Assembly (NCBI GenBank): GCA_965205265.1
Contig: CBDBGH010000003.1
Span: forward strand, 3,904,001 to 3,968,000
From: Alphaproteobacteria bacterium
GTDB lineage: Bacteria > Pseudomonadota > Alphaproteobacteria > Bin95
Reading direction: 5' to 3'
DNA: 64,000 nucleotides
Below are positions 1 through 10,251 of the stretch, piece after piece. Within the stretch, counting starts at the first letter, position 1. Every line of letters starts with the position of its first letter. The notes under the pieces are model-generated. The model was not told the origin of the DNA. It was given only the letters and a program-made list of their open reading frames with translations, and ran no database searches. The translations under genes and the position numbers were made by a program.

Positions 1-34
1 TCAGGATTTCCAGCGTGACCTTGTCGATGGGCAT
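1..34 (-). CDS. Hydantoinase B/oxoprolinase family subunit, N-terminal fragment (runs off window)
   Basis: ATG at 34 reads MPIDKVTLEIL, a typical hydantoinase B start, directly after the hydantoinase A stop. Confidence 0.65.
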   Translation of the reverse strand, partial: MPIDKVTLEIL

Positions 35-35
35 G

Positions 36-2093
36 TCAGCCCTCCCTCGTCAGGATCAGGTTGCCGCGGACATCGACCTCGGCCGCAAAGCCCGGAGGGA
101 CCACGGTGGTGCAGTCGTCCTGCGAGACGACCGCGGGACCGGCGAAATTCCGGCCGGGAGCCAGGGCCGCCCGGTCGTAGAGCGCCGCCATGCGTTCGGC
201 GCCGTCGAGGAAGACCTTTGCCTGGCCCTTCGGCGCGGCCGGCCCCGGCGCGGCCGCGGCTTCCGCCAGGGCCGGCTTCGGCACGGACCCGCTCACCGTC
301 AGCCTGAGATTGACCGCCTGCACCGGCGCCTGCCTGTCGGCATGGTCGTAAACGCGGGCATGTTCGCCGTGGAAGGCATCCGCCAGCGCCGCGACCCGGC
401 CGGCGGCGATATCGGCGCGGCCCACCGGGGTTTCGATCTCGTAGGACTGGCCGAGATAGCGCATGTCAGCGGACCAGATGAGCCGCGCCTCGCCCCGGAA
501 GCCTTGCTCCTCGCGCAGCCAGGCGAGCGCTTCCGCCTCCAGTTCGCCCGCAAGCCCCTCCAGCACCGCCAGGCCGCCCGTGTCCAGATCGACGAAGGCG
601 GTACGAATGAAATCGTTGCGAATGTCGGCGATCAGGCCGCCATAGGCAGACAGCACGCCGGGCGCGGGCGGCACGATCACCCGCGCCATGCCGAGCTCGC
701 GCGCGAAGAGCGCGCCCAGCATCGGCCCGGCGCCGCCGAAGGCCAGCAGCGAGAATCCGCGCGGGTCCGCGCCCCGGCGCGACAGGAGCTTCGAGACCTC
801 CAGATACATGCCGGAGACCGCGACGCTCACAATGCTCTCGGCCGCCTCGGAGAGCCCGAGCGACAGGCGCTCCGCGACGCCGCCGACCGCGCGCCCGGCG
901 GCCGCCCGGTCCAGCCGGACGGCGCCGTAGCCGAGTTCGCCCGCGCCGAGCAGGCCCATCGCAACGAAGGCGTCGGTGACCGTCGGGCGTTCGCCGCCCT
1001 GGCCGTAGCAGGCGGGGCCCGGCCGGGAGCCCGCGCTTTCCGGGCCGACCTTCAGCACGCCGAAATCGTCCACCCGGGCGAGGGAGCCGCCGCCCGCGCC
1101 GATGGAAGTGACGGAGACCGTCGGCACATAGATCGGGAACTCGCCTACAAGCTCGCCCGTGCCGAAGGCCGGCGCGCCGCCCTGCACGACCGCCACATCC
1201 GCCGAGGTGCCGCCGACATCGAAGCTCAGCACGTCCCGGGCCCCGATGCGCGCCGCCGCGTCGGCCGCGCCTATGGCCCCGGACGCCGTGCCCGAGAGCA
1301 GCATGGCGATGGGGCGGGTCTTGCCGAGCTCCGCCGCCATGATGCCGCCGTTCGACTTGGTGATCATCGGCTCGGCCGGCACGCCGGCATCGCGGAGCGC
1401 CGCCTGCAGCGAGCCGATATAGGCGGCCACCCGGCGCTGCACATAGCCGGCGACGGTGGCCGTCACCGTGCGCTCATATTCCCGGATGACCGGCCAGACC
1501 TCCGAGGAGAGCGTCACCGCCATGCCGGGCTCCGCCGCCAGGATTGCGTCCCGCACCGCGCGTTCGTTCGCCGGGTTGGCGTAGGCGTGCAGCAGGGCGA
1601 CGACGATCGTGTCCGCGCCCGCCGCCTTCGCCTTCGCCGCCGCGTCCCGGACATCGGCGGGATCGACCGGCGTTTCGACCGAACCGTCCTTCAGCATCCG
1701 CTCGGCGATGCCGTAAACCCGCTCGCGCGGGACCAGCGGCGGCGGGCGGCGCGAGAAGATGTCGTAGGGGTCGGGCGTCTTCAGCCGCGCGACCTCCAGC
1801 ACGTCCTCGAACTCCCGCGTCGTGAACAGCGCCAGCGCCGCGCCCCGGCGCTGGATCACTGTGTTGACGCCCACCGTGGTGCCGTGGGTGAAGAACCTTA
1901 TGCCGGAGGCCGGCTGTCCGTGGCGCCGGTCCAGTTCGGCGATGCCCTGCATGACCTCCGCGCCCGGCGTCTCGGGCGTCGAGAGGATCTTCAGGGTCCT
2001 GAGCGCGCCGGTCGCCTCGTCGAAGGCGCAGAAATCGGTGAATGTGCCGCCGATATCGACGGCGACCCGGCATGCGTTTGCTGGTTCCGGCAC
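36..2093 (-). CDS. Hydantoinase A/oxoprolinase family protein
   Basis: Motifs DIGGTFTD, HGTTVGVN, DVGGTSAD, GPESAGSRPGPACYG, AFGGAGP; GTG start chosen at 2093. Confidence 0.92.
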   Translation of the reverse strand: MPEPANACRVAVDIGGTFTDFCAFDEATGALRTLKILSTPETPGAEVMQGIAELDRRHGQPASGIRFFTHGTTVGVNTVIQRRGAALALFTTREFEDVLEVARLKTPDPYDIFSRRPPPLVPRERVYGIAERMLKDGSVETPVDPADVRDAAAKAKAAGADTIVVALLHAYANPANERAVRDAILAAEPGMAVTLSSEVWPVIREYERTVTATVAGYVQRRVAAYIGSLQAALRDAGVPAEPMITKSNGGIMAAELGKTRPIAMLLSGTASGAIGAADAAARIGARDVLSFDVGGTSADVAVVQGGAPAFGTGELVGEFPIYVPTVSVTSIGAGGGSLARVDDFGVLKVGPESAGSRPGPACYGQGGERPTVTDAFVAMGLLGAGELGYGAVRLDRAAAGRAVGGVAERLSLGLSEAAESIVSVAVSGMYLEVSKLLSRRGADPRGFSLLAFGGAGPMLGALFARELGMARVIVPPAPGVLSAYGGLIADIRNDFIRTAFVDLDTGGLAVLEGLAGELEAEALAWLREEQGFRGEARLIWSADMRYLGQSYEIETPVGRADIAAGRVAALADAFHGEHARVYDHADRQAPVQAVNLRLTVSGSVPKPALAEAAAAPGPAAPKGQAKVFLDGAERMAALYDRAALAPGRNFAGPAVVSQDDCTTVVPPGFAAEVDVRGNLILTREG

Positions 2094-2276
2094 GGGGCGC
2101 CCCAATTCAATTCAGGATCGCGGCCGTCCAACGGGACGGCCGCATTGCCGCCCAGCATTTCCCGCGCCGGGCGCCAAGTCCAGCCTCGTCATCGCGCGGC
2201 CCCGAATGCCTGCGGGCGCCGCCCGGATATGCGATACAGGCGCAGAAGCCGGGACGGGCGGAAAGGGGCCGCTGCC

Positions 2277-3164
2277 ATGCTCGCAGGACTCAACACGGCG
2301 CTGGTGACGCCGTTCGATGCGGATTTCGCGTTCGACGAGGCCGCCATGCGCAGAAGTGTCCGCCGCCAGATCGAGGCCGGCGCGGCCGGGCTTTGCGCGC
2401 TCGGCGGCACGGGCGAGCCGCTGTCGCTCGCGCTTGCCGAGCATTTCAGGGTCGTCGATACGGTCGTCGGGGAGGCGGCGGGCCGCGTGCCCGTCACGGT
2501 CGGCTGCCTGCTCGGCGGGCAGGCCGACATCCTGGCGGTCGCGCGCCATGCGGAGCGCGCCGGCGCGGACTTCGTCATGCTCGCCCCGCCCTTTTTCTTC
2601 TCCGCCCGGCCCTTCGACATCGAGCGCCATTTCGCCGCCGTCGCGGAGGCCTGCGGGCTGCCGATCGTGCTCTTCCACACGCCCGGGCGGAGCGGCGTGC
2701 GCCTGAATGCCGACGAACTGCTCGCCCTCATCCATGCGGTTCCGGCCATCAGGGGCATCAAGGAGGCGTCGGGCGACATGGCGCTCGCCGGCGAGGTGAT
2801 GAACGGCGCGCCGGAGGGGTTCGCGTTCATGCAGGGCCTGGACGAGCTGCTGCTGCCGTCGCTGGCGATGGGTGCTGCGGGCGGCATCGTCTCGCTCGGC
2901 GAGCTGCTGCCCCGGAGCCTGTGCGCGCTCATCGAACATGCCGGGGCGGGCGAACTCGAGCCGGCGCGGCGGATACAACTCGGCCTCCTGCCGCTCTGCC
3001 GCTGGATCTACTCCGAGCCCAATCCCGGCCCGCTCAAATACGCACTCAAGCTAGCCGGCCGCCCGGCAGGCCCCTGCCGCCCACCCATCTACGGCCCCCG
3101 CGACGCCACGGCGCAGGCGCTAAAAGACCTGCTGCCGCCCCTGCTCCGCGCGGAGGCGGGCTGA
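2277..3164 (+). CDS. Dihydrodipicolinate synthase (DapA/NAL)-family aldolase/lyase
   Basis: TALVTPF, GGTGE, GIKEASGD (Schiff-base Lys), EPNPGPLK; real gene is the C-terminal part of the 15..3164 ORF. Confidence 0.88.
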   Translation: MLAGLNTALVTPFDADFAFDEAAMRRSVRRQIEAGAAGLCALGGTGEPLSLALAEHFRVVDTVVGEAAGRVPVTVGCLLGGQADILAVARHAERAGADFVMLAPPFFFSARPFDIERHFAAVAEACGLPIVLFHTPGRSGVRLNADELLALIHAVPAIRGIKEASGDMALAGEVMNGAPEGFAFMQGLDELLLPSLAMGAAGGIVSLGELLPRSLCALIEHAGAGELEPARRIQLGLLPLCRWIYSEPNPGPLKYALKLAGRPAGPCRPPIYGPRDATAQALKDLLPPLLRAEAG

Positions 3165-3175
3165 CGCGGTCGGGC

Positions 3176-4225
3176 CTAGCGGTATTTCGCTTCCTGGTCG
3201 CTTTCCTCGGCCGGGCGGGCCATGGCGTCGATGATCTGCTTCAGGCTTATGGCGCCGATCGCCTTTCCCTCGCCGTCCACGACCTTGGCCCGGTCGGCCC
3301 CTGCGGCGCTCACCGCCTGCAGCGCCTCGTCCAGGACGAGGTTGTGCGCCACGCTCGGGCCGTCGATGCCCGGGCCCGGCGTCATCACCGACCGCGCTTC
3401 GATGACCCGGCCCCGGTTGATGTCCTTGACGAAGTCGAAAATGTAGTCGTCGGCCGGGTGCAGGATGATGTCCTGAGGATTGCCCTGCTGGATCAGCGCA
3501 CCGTCGCGCAGGATGGCGATGCTGTCGCCGAGGCGAAGCGCCTCGTCGAGATCGTGGGTGATGAACACGATGGTCTTGTGCAGCTCCTCCTGCAGTCCGA
3601 GCAGGACCTGCTGCATGTCGTTGCGGATCAGCGGGTCGAGCGCGGAGAACGGTTCGTCCATCAGCAGGATTTCCGCGTCCGTGGCCAGCGCGCGCGCCAG
3701 CCCGACCCTCTGCTGCATGCCTCCCGACAGCTGCGAGGGGTAGTGGTTCTCGAATCCCGACAGCCCGACGCGGTCCAGCCATTTCCGGCTTTGCTCCTTG
3801 GCCTGCCCGATGGGCATGCCCTGGATCGCAAGGCCGTAGGCGGCGTTCTCGGCAACCGTTTTGTGGACATGGAGCCCGAACCTCTGGAACACCATCGAGA
3901 TGCTGTGCCGCCGGACCTCGATCAGCTCCTCCCTGGTCATGGCGAGCACGTCCCGCCCATTGACCACGATCCGGCCCGAAGTCGGCTCGATCAGCCGGTT
4001 GATATGCCGGATCAGGGTGGACTTGCCGGAGCCCGACAACCCCATGATGACGGAGATTTCCCGGGCGGAGACCTCGATGTTGATGTCCTTCAGGCCCAGC
4101 ACATGGTCGTGCTTTTCGAGCAGCTCCTGCTTGGACATGCCCTGCTGCACGGCGGCGAGCACGGATTGCGGCCGGGGACCGAAGATCTTGTACAGCTTCT
4201 CGATGCTGATCTTGGTCTCAGCCAT
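3176..4225 (-). CDS. proV: Glycine betaine/proline-type ABC transporter ATP-binding protein
   Basis: Walker A GLSGSGKS, LSGGMQQRVGLARAL, DEPFSALDPLIR. Confidence 0.9.
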   Translation of the reverse strand: MAETKISIEKLYKIFGPRPQSVLAAVQQGMSKQELLEKHDHVLGLKDINIEVSAREISVIMGLSGSGKSTLIRHINRLIEPTSGRIVVNGRDVLAMTREELIEVRRHSISMVFQRFGLHVHKTVAENAAYGLAIQGMPIGQAKEQSRKWLDRVGLSGFENHYPSQLSGGMQQRVGLARALATDAEILLMDEPFSALDPLIRNDMQQVLLGLQEELHKTIVFITHDLDEALRLGDSIAILRDGALIQQGNPQDIILHPADDYIFDFVKDINRGRVIEARSVMTPGPGIDGPSVAHNLVLDEALQAVSAAGADRAKVVDGEGKAIGAISLKQIIDAMARPAEESDQEAKYR

Positions 4226-5108
4226 GATCGACGCCCTCGCGATGCCGTTGCAGGCGCTGGCCGAATCTCTGCGACACGCGGTCGAAGATGATCGCCAGCG
4301 CCACGATGGCCAGGCCGTTCATCAGGCCAAGCGCCAGATACTGGTTCGAAATCGACCGCAATACCGGCACGCCGAGACCGGCCACGCCGATCATCGAGGC
4401 GATCACCACCATGGAGAGCGCCATCATGATGGTCTGGTTCACGCCGGCGAAGATGTTGGGCAGCGCCAGCGGAATCTGCACGCCGAACAGCTTCTGCCGG
4501 TAGTCGGCCCCGAAGGCGTCGGCGGCCTCCAGCGCCTCCTTCTCGACGAGCCTTATGCCGAGATTGGTCAACCGCACGATCGGCGGGATTGCGTAGATGC
4601 ACACCGCGATCAGGCCCGGCACCTTGCCGATGCCGAGCAGCATGACGACCGGTATGAGATAAACGAAGGCCGGAATCGTCTGCATGATGTCCAGCACCGG
4701 CGTAATCGCCGTCTGCATCCGGTCCGAGCGCGCCATCAGGATGCCGAGCGGGATGCCGATCGCGATGCAGAGCAGGGTCGCGACCGAGATGATGGCCAGG
4801 GTGGACATGGTGTCCTGCCACATGCCGAAATAACCGATCGCGAGGAACGACAGCACGGAACCGATAACGACCGTCCTGCTGCGCGAGCCGAGCCAGGCCA
4901 GCCCCGCGATCGCCAGAATGATGACCGGCCACGGCGCGGCGATCAGCAGTTTCTCGAACAGGACGAGGAACCTGAGCAGGGGCTCGAAGAAGTTCTCCAG
5001 CATCTCGCCGAATTCGCGCGAAAAGTCGCGGAACCCTCCGTCGATCGCCTTCTTCAGGTCGCGAAGGGCCTGGCGGTCCATCGAGGGAAATTCCAACAAG
5101 GATTCCAT
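4218..5108 (-). CDS. proW: Glycine betaine/proline-type ABC transporter permease
   Basis: LDIMQTIPAFVYLIP, EAADAFG, GVNQTIMMALSMVVIASMIG; hydrophobic helices. Confidence 0.9.
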   Translation of the reverse strand: MESLLEFPSMDRQALRDLKKAIDGGFRDFSREFGEMLENFFEPLLRFLVLFEKLLIAAPWPVIILAIAGLAWLGSRSRTVVIGSVLSFLAIGYFGMWQDTMSTLAIISVATLLCIAIGIPLGILMARSDRMQTAITPVLDIMQTIPAFVYLIPVVMLLGIGKVPGLIAVCIYAIPPIVRLTNLGIRLVEKEALEAADAFGADYRQKLFGVQIPLALPNIFAGVNQTIMMALSMVVIASMIGVAGLGVPVLRSISNQYLALGLMNGLAIVALAIIFDRVSQRFGQRLQRHREGVDHG

Positions 5109-5181
5109 GCGGGCCTCCCATCGGGCTCGAGGAACGATTATTCCTTGCAAATGCCCTTCCGACCCGGCGCCGGAGGGTGAC

Positions 5182-5216
5182 AAAAAGCCCGCCGGGACGG
5201 GTCCGGGCGGGCTTTT
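5182..5216. terminator. Stem-loop between proX and proW (intrinsic terminator or mRNA-stabilising hairpin)
   Basis: AAAAGCCCGCC...GGCGGGCTTTT inverted repeat with A/T tails. Confidence 0.65.
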
Positions 5217-5256
5217 CTCTTCGAGTCAGGCAGTCGGACCGACCGCAAGACCCGCG

Positions 5257-6261
5257 TTACATTCCCTTCACTTTCGCCGCGACCTCGGCAGGCACCCAGG
5301 GCTTCCACACATCGGCATGCGCGCGCAGGAACTCCGCCGCGGCATCCGCCCCGTCAGCCTGGTTCTCGTCCATATAGACCAGCATGCCGTTCATCACGTC
5401 GCCGGGGAACACGCGGTTCTTGAAATACGCCATGACCGCATCGCCCGCGTTCGCCGCGAAGTCCGCCGTGACCACGGTATGCACCTCCGACTCCGTCCAG
5501 GACGACGGCTGCGGGTCTGCGCATTCCTGCTCCGGCTTGACGATGCAGCCGTCCCAGTGCTCGCTGCCGACGAACGGCACGCCGAAGTCGAGCTTGACCA
5601 TCTTGTGCCGGCCGATGAGCGCGGTGGGCGACCAGTAGTAGCCGAACCAGTTCTCGCCGCGGTTGACCGCCTTGGACATGGAGCCGTCCAGCCCGGCCGC
5701 CGAGCCCGGGTCCACCAGCTTCCAGCCCTTTTCCGCCATCTTGAACGCACGGAACAGGTTCGCGTTGGTCAGCTGGCAGCCCCAGCCCGCAGGGCATCCC
5801 ACGAATGCGCCCTTCGAGGGGTCCTCGGCATCCGGGAAGAGGTCGGGACGCTTCAGCACGTCCAGCACGGTCTTGAGCTCGGGGTGCTTTTCCTGCACGT
5901 AGGGCGGGACCCACCAGCCCTCGCCCAGGCCGCTGATCGGACCGCCATTGGCGGATTTCAGCCTGCCTTCGTCCATGGCGGCCTTCAGGGGGTCGCGCAC
6001 GGCGTTGATCCACAGCTCCGGTGCCACGTCCGGCTCGCCCTTCTCGTTGAGGGAGGTGAAGGTCGGCATGGTGTCGCCGGGGACCAGCTCGACATCGCAT
6101 CCATATCCTTCGGCGAGGATGATCTTGTCGACTTCGGCCATCAACTGGGCGGAGGCCCAGTTCATATTCGCAATCTGGACCTTGCCGCAGTCCGCCATGG
6201 CCGCATTCGCGCCGAACGCCAGCGCCAGGCCCAGCAAAGCCGTCTTCAGCAAGTGTTTCAT
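5257..6261 (-). CDS. proX: Glycine betaine/quaternary amine ABC transporter substrate-binding protein
   Basis: Signal peptide, MNWASA, GCPAGWGC, YYWSPT; RBS GGAGG upstream. Confidence 0.88.
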   Translation of the reverse strand: MKHLLKTALLGLALAFGANAAMADCGKVQIANMNWASAQLMAEVDKIILAEGYGCDVELVPGDTMPTFTSLNEKGEPDVAPELWINAVRDPLKAAMDEGRLKSANGGPISGLGEGWWVPPYVQEKHPELKTVLDVLKRPDLFPDAEDPSKGAFVGCPAGWGCQLTNANLFRAFKMAEKGWKLVDPGSAAGLDGSMSKAVNRGENWFGYYWSPTALIGRHKMVKLDFGVPFVGSEHWDGCIVKPEQECADPQPSSWTESEVHTVVTADFAANAGDAVMAYFKNRVFPGDVMNGMLVYMDENQADGADAAAEFLRAHADVWKPWVPAEVAAKVKGM

Positions 6262-6530
6262 GTCTGTTACCTCCTCCGGTTCATGTGTGGCGATCGGGAC
6301 GGTGCGCGACGCGCGATATGGCCCCCTGACATCCGGCAGCCCTGCGGAGACGGCCGGCGGGCCGCCTCCCTCCGCCACCGGCAAAGGAAAAGGCTAGCAT
6401 GGGGCCACAACGCGGACAAGGAGCCGCCCCGGTGGCGGCCCGACACCCGCCCGCGTTTCCGGCGAAAGGCAAAGTCCTGTAACCTCGCCCGTCGCGGCCG
6501 AAATGCGCTGCTGGCGGCGGGAGCGGGACA

Positions 6531-7583
6531 GTGACGGATCTTCCGGGGTTTCTGAAGCGCATTCCGAAGGTGGAGCTGCACTGCCACCTGCTCGGCACCG
6601 TGCGCAAAGCAACGATGAAGGCGATGGCGGCCCGCAACGGCGCGCGCACGACCGAAGAGCAGATCGAGGGGTTCTACATCCGCGGCGAGAAGCCGGTCGG
6701 CGTGCTCGCGATCTTCCGCGAGATGGAGGCCCATATCCTGATGACGCCGGCGGACTTCCGGCAGATTGCCCGCGAATATCTGGAGGACGCCGCCGCCCAC
6801 ACGGTCCGCTATGCCGAGATCTACTGGAACCCGACCGGCAATCTCCGCCACACGGGCTTCTCCTACGGCGAGCTGCAGGCCGCCGTCCTCGCCGGCATGG
6901 CGGATGCGGAGCGGGACTTCGGCATCGCCAGCAACCTCATCCCGAGCATCGACCGGGAGGCGCCGCCGGAGGACGCGGTCGAGATGGTGCGGCAGATGAT
7001 CGCCAACCGGGACCCGCGCGTGCCTGGCATCGGCATCGACTATCGCGAGGTGGACAATCCGCCGGAGAAGTTCGCCGAAGCCTATGCGCTGGCGCGCGAC
7101 GCCGGCTTCCGGCTGACGGCGCATGCGGGCGAGTTCGGCGAGCCCTGGACCAATGTCGCCGCAGCCCTCGACCTGCTCGGGGTGGAGCGGCTCGACCACG
7201 CCTACACCGTCCTCGACAATCCGGAGCTCACGGCCCGCTGCGCGGCCGAAGGCATCGTCATCACCGTCGTGCCGTCCAACAGCTACTATCTGCGCGAGCT
7301 GGACAAGTCCGAATGGGCGGAAAAACACCCCATCCGGCGCATGGGGCGTGCGGGGCTCCGCATCCACCCGAACACCGACGACCCCGCCTTCCACCTGACG
7401 GACCCGACCCGCTGCTGGCAGAGCATGGTCGTCGATTTCGGCTATTCGCTGGCCGATCTCCGGGGCTTCATGCTGAACGGCCTCGACGGCGCCTGGATCG
7501 ATGACGGGCTGCGCCGGCGCTGGAAGCGGGAATGGAGCGCCGAGTTCGACCGCCTCGCGGAAGAGCACGGCATCGCCGGCTGA
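6531..7583 (+). CDS. Adenosine/adenine deaminase family protein
   Basis: PKVELHCHL, HAGE, RLDH, NTDDP metal-binding motifs. Confidence 0.88.
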   Translation: MTDLPGFLKRIPKVELHCHLLGTVRKATMKAMAARNGARTTEEQIEGFYIRGEKPVGVLAIFREMEAHILMTPADFRQIAREYLEDAAAHTVRYAEIYWNPTGNLRHTGFSYGELQAAVLAGMADAERDFGIASNLIPSIDREAPPEDAVEMVRQMIANRDPRVPGIGIDYREVDNPPEKFAEAYALARDAGFRLTAHAGEFGEPWTNVAAALDLLGVERLDHAYTVLDNPELTARCAAEGIVITVVPSNSYYLRELDKSEWAEKHPIRRMGRAGLRIHPNTDDPAFHLTDPTRCWQSMVVDFGYSLADLRGFMLNGLDGAWIDDGLRRRWKREWSAEFDRLAEEHGIAG

Positions 7584-7584
7584 C

Positions 7585-9000
7585 ATGGACGGCGCCGGCA
7601 TCGCGCAGACGGCGGCGACGCTCACAGGGGCGCTCGCCCGCTTCGGCGCCGCCTTCTCGCTCGGCGACGTGCCGGAGGATGACCGGCATTATGCGAAGCT
7701 GCTGGCGCTCGACCTGTTCGGCTGCGCGCTTGCCGGGCTCGACACGGAAGAGGCCCGATTGGCGCGCCGGGCCGCTCACTCCCTCTCCCCTGGCGGCGGC
7801 GGCAGTGCCTCGATATGGGGCGCGGGCGAGGCGGCAGCGCCCGGCGTGGCGGCGATGGTCAACGGCACGGCCGCCCATGCGCTGGAGCTCGACGATTTCC
7901 ACGGGGTGGACCATTCGGGCGCGGTGACGCTGCCTGCGCTGATGGCGGCGGCGGATACGGGCGGCGAGGCGGACGGCCGGCGCGTCCTCGAAGGCATGAT
8001 ATTCGGCTACGAGGTCGGCCGCCGGCTTCTCGACGGCGCGGGCGGATACCGCCGCCACAACGCCGCCGGCTGGCACACGACCGGCACGCTCGGCAGCTAT
8101 GCCGCCGCGGCCGCGGTCGCGAAACTCCTCGGCCTCGACGGGCAGCGCACGGCCTGGGCGCTCGGCATCGCCGGCAGCTTCACCGGCGGCACATGGGCGT
8201 TCAGCGGGGACGGCGCGATGAGCAAGCGCTACCACGCGGGCGCCGCCGCCCAGACCGGCCTGCAGGCGGCCTTCCTTGCGCGCGAGGGCTTCACCGGGCC
8301 GGCGGCGGTGCTGGAGGCGGAGCGCGGCGGCTATTTCCCGCTCTACGGCGAGGGCATGACGCCGGCGGCTCGCGCCGCGGCCGACGGCCTCGGCCGGGAT
8401 TTCCGCATCGGCTGGGCCGGGGTCAAGGTCTATGCCTGCTGCCGGGGCATCCACAGCGCGCTCGACGTGGCGCTGGCGTTCCGGCGGGAACACGGCTTGC
8501 GCGCGGAGGAGATCGAAAGCGTGCATGTGCTCTGCACGCCGGTGCAGAAGGGCCAACTCGGGCTCACCCTGCCGAAGACGCGCATCGAGGCCCAGTTCAG
8601 CCTGCCCTACAGCACGGCCGTCGCCTTCCTGCACGGCGAGGCGGGCTACGAGTTCTTCACCGAAAAATGGATCGGCGACCCGGAGATCGAGGCGCTGGCC
8701 GCCAGGGTGGCGCTGGAGGCGGACGAAAGCCGGTCGCTGGAGGAAGAACCCGTGATAACGGTAAGAACGCGCGACGGCCGGGTCTTCACCGGCCAGCAGC
8801 CCGTCCCCGTCGGCGATCCCGCCAACCCCGTGCCGGAGGCCGATATCCGCGCCAAATACCGCGCGCTCGCCGGCCGCCACCTCGCGCCGGAGACCGTCCG
8901 CCGCCTGGAGGAAGCCGTGCTGGCCCTCGACCGCCCCGGCCGCCTCGTCGAGGTCCGGACGATCCTGGCCGCGCGGGCGGAGCGTTCCGGCAGAGAATAG
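7585..9000 (+). CDS. MmgE/PrpD family protein
   Basis: NGTAAHALELDDFH, GWHTT, KVYACCRGIH, AQFSLPY. Confidence 0.9.
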   Translation: MDGAGIAQTAATLTGALARFGAAFSLGDVPEDDRHYAKLLALDLFGCALAGLDTEEARLARRAAHSLSPGGGGSASIWGAGEAAAPGVAAMVNGTAAHALELDDFHGVDHSGAVTLPALMAAADTGGEADGRRVLEGMIFGYEVGRRLLDGAGGYRRHNAAGWHTTGTLGSYAAAAAVAKLLGLDGQRTAWALGIAGSFTGGTWAFSGDGAMSKRYHAGAAAQTGLQAAFLAREGFTGPAAVLEAERGGYFPLYGEGMTPAARAAADGLGRDFRIGWAGVKVYACCRGIHSALDVALAFRREHGLRAEEIESVHVLCTPVQKGQLGLTLPKTRIEAQFSLPYSTAVAFLHGEAGYEFFTEKWIGDPEIEALAARVALEADESRSLEEEPVITVRTRDGRVFTGQQPVPVGDPANPVPEADIRAKYRALAGRHLAPETVRRLEEAVLALDRPGRLVEVRTILAARAERSGRE

Positions 9001-9066
9001 GGCGCGGTTCCGCCGGGAGAGAATCGACCGATCGCGTCCCGGCCAACGGCTTCGACTGGAGCGCGC

Positions 9067-9315
9067 CTAGTTCCGCCGCGCCTGGACGAGGACGCCGACG
9101 ATGGTTTCCTCGCCCAGGGACCGGCACGCCTCCAGACGCTGAAGGCCTTCGACCAGCACCAGGCGCTTGCCGTCCTGGCGCACCAGGATCGGCGTGCGCT
9201 GACCCTCTTCCAGTATGCTCTCGGCGATTGCCTGGACGGCTGCAGGATCGACGGTGCGGCGCCGCTTCATCGGAATGTAGATGTCGGCGATCCTGAAGAC
9301 CTGGTCTCTCAACAT
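9067..9315 (-). CDS. Small stand-alone ParB N-terminal/sulfiredoxin-like domain protein
   Basis: IAESILEEGQRTPILVR...LVEGLQRLEA matches the ParB-N core. Confidence 0.75.
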   Translation of the reverse strand: MLRDQVFRIADIYIPMKRRRTVDPAAVQAIAESILEEGQRTPILVRQDGKRLVLVEGLQRLEACRSLGEETIVGVLVQARRN

Positions 9316-9525
9316 GCCTCAGCTTCTCACGCGCGGACGGCCCGTGAAAGGATTCCCTTCCCCGGCACGCCACCACCGCTTTGCCGAAGGCCCCGGAGGG
9401 CTTTACCGGCCCTGCCTTTTCCGAAGGGTCGGAGCCCTGCCGGGAGCAATATCTGCCTCCCGCGCAAGCCTATAAGCGGCCATCGGCGCGGAGGCGGGCT
9501 TCGACCTCTTCCATGTGCGCAGCCG

Positions 9526-10251
9526 CTACACCGCCCGCCCGAGCTGCTCCCTCAGCGCCTTGCGCTTCACCTCGGCGACCGCGCCGCGCGGCAGGTGGCC
9601 GAGCTGGAAGGGGCCGTAGGCGATGCGGATGAGCCGGTTGACCGGGTGGCCGAGATGTTCCAGCACCCGGCGGACCTCGCGGTTGCGGCCCTCGGCGAGC
9701 GCGACGGTGAGCCAGGCATTGCCGCCGCGCTGCTCGTCGAGGCTCGCCGCGACCGGCCCGTAGCGCCAGCCGTCGATCTCGACGCCGCCGGCGAGCCGCG
9801 CCAGGCGCCCCTCATCGACCCGGCCCCGCACCCGCGCCCGGTAGCGCCTGACCCAGCCGCGCGACGGCAGTTCGAGCTCGCGGGCGAGCCCGCCGTCGTT
9901 CGTCAGCAGCAGCAGGCCCTCCGAGGCAAGGTCGAGCCGGCCGACGCTCACCACGCGCGGCAGGTGGGCCGGCAGGCTTTCGAACACGGTCGGCCGGCCT
10001 TCCGGGTCGCGGTCGGTCGTCACCAGCCCGGCCGGCTTGTGGTAGCGCCAGAGGCGGGCCGGCTCCGGGGCGGCAAGGGGGGCGCCATCCACCTCCACGA
10101 GGTCCTGCGGCCCGACATTCACCGCCGGGTCCCGGAGCGCCTTACCGTTCAGGCTCACGCGCCCGGCGAGGATGCGCCGCTCGGCCTCGCGCCGAGAGCA
10201 GACGCCGGCCCGCGCGATGCGTTTCGCGATGCGCTCGCCGTCCCCGTTCAC
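9526..10251 (-). CDS. 23S rRNA pseudouridine synthase (RluB-like)
   Basis: S4 domain ERIAKRIARAGVCSRREAE; catalytic VGRLD; EGRNREVRR. Confidence 0.92.
   Translation of the reverse strand: MNGDGERIAKRIARAGVCSRREAERRILAGRVSLNGKALRDPAVNVGPQDLVEVDGAPLAAPEPARLWRYHKPAGLVTTDRDPEGRPTVFESLPAHLPRVVSVGRLDLASEGLLLLTNDGGLARELELPSRGWVRRYRARVRGRVDEGRLARLAGGVEIDGWRYGPVAASLDEQRGGNAWLTVALAEGRNREVRRVLEHLGHPVNRLIRIAYGPFQLGHLPRGAVAEVKRKALREQLGRAV

Noticed and set aside
15-3164. 1049-aa plus-strand ORF
   Set aside because: The first ~750 codons are the antisense shadow of the hydantoinase gene in high-GC DNA; only 2277-3164 is a real gene.
5257-6261. Specific substrate call (DMSP, TMAO or choline) for the ABC transporter
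   Set aside because: Specificity cannot be assigned by eye; it needs phylogeny or binding data.
9067-9315. Partition system or plasmid origin
   Set aside because: Only a lone ParB-N domain; no HTH, no adjacent parA and no parS sites seen.
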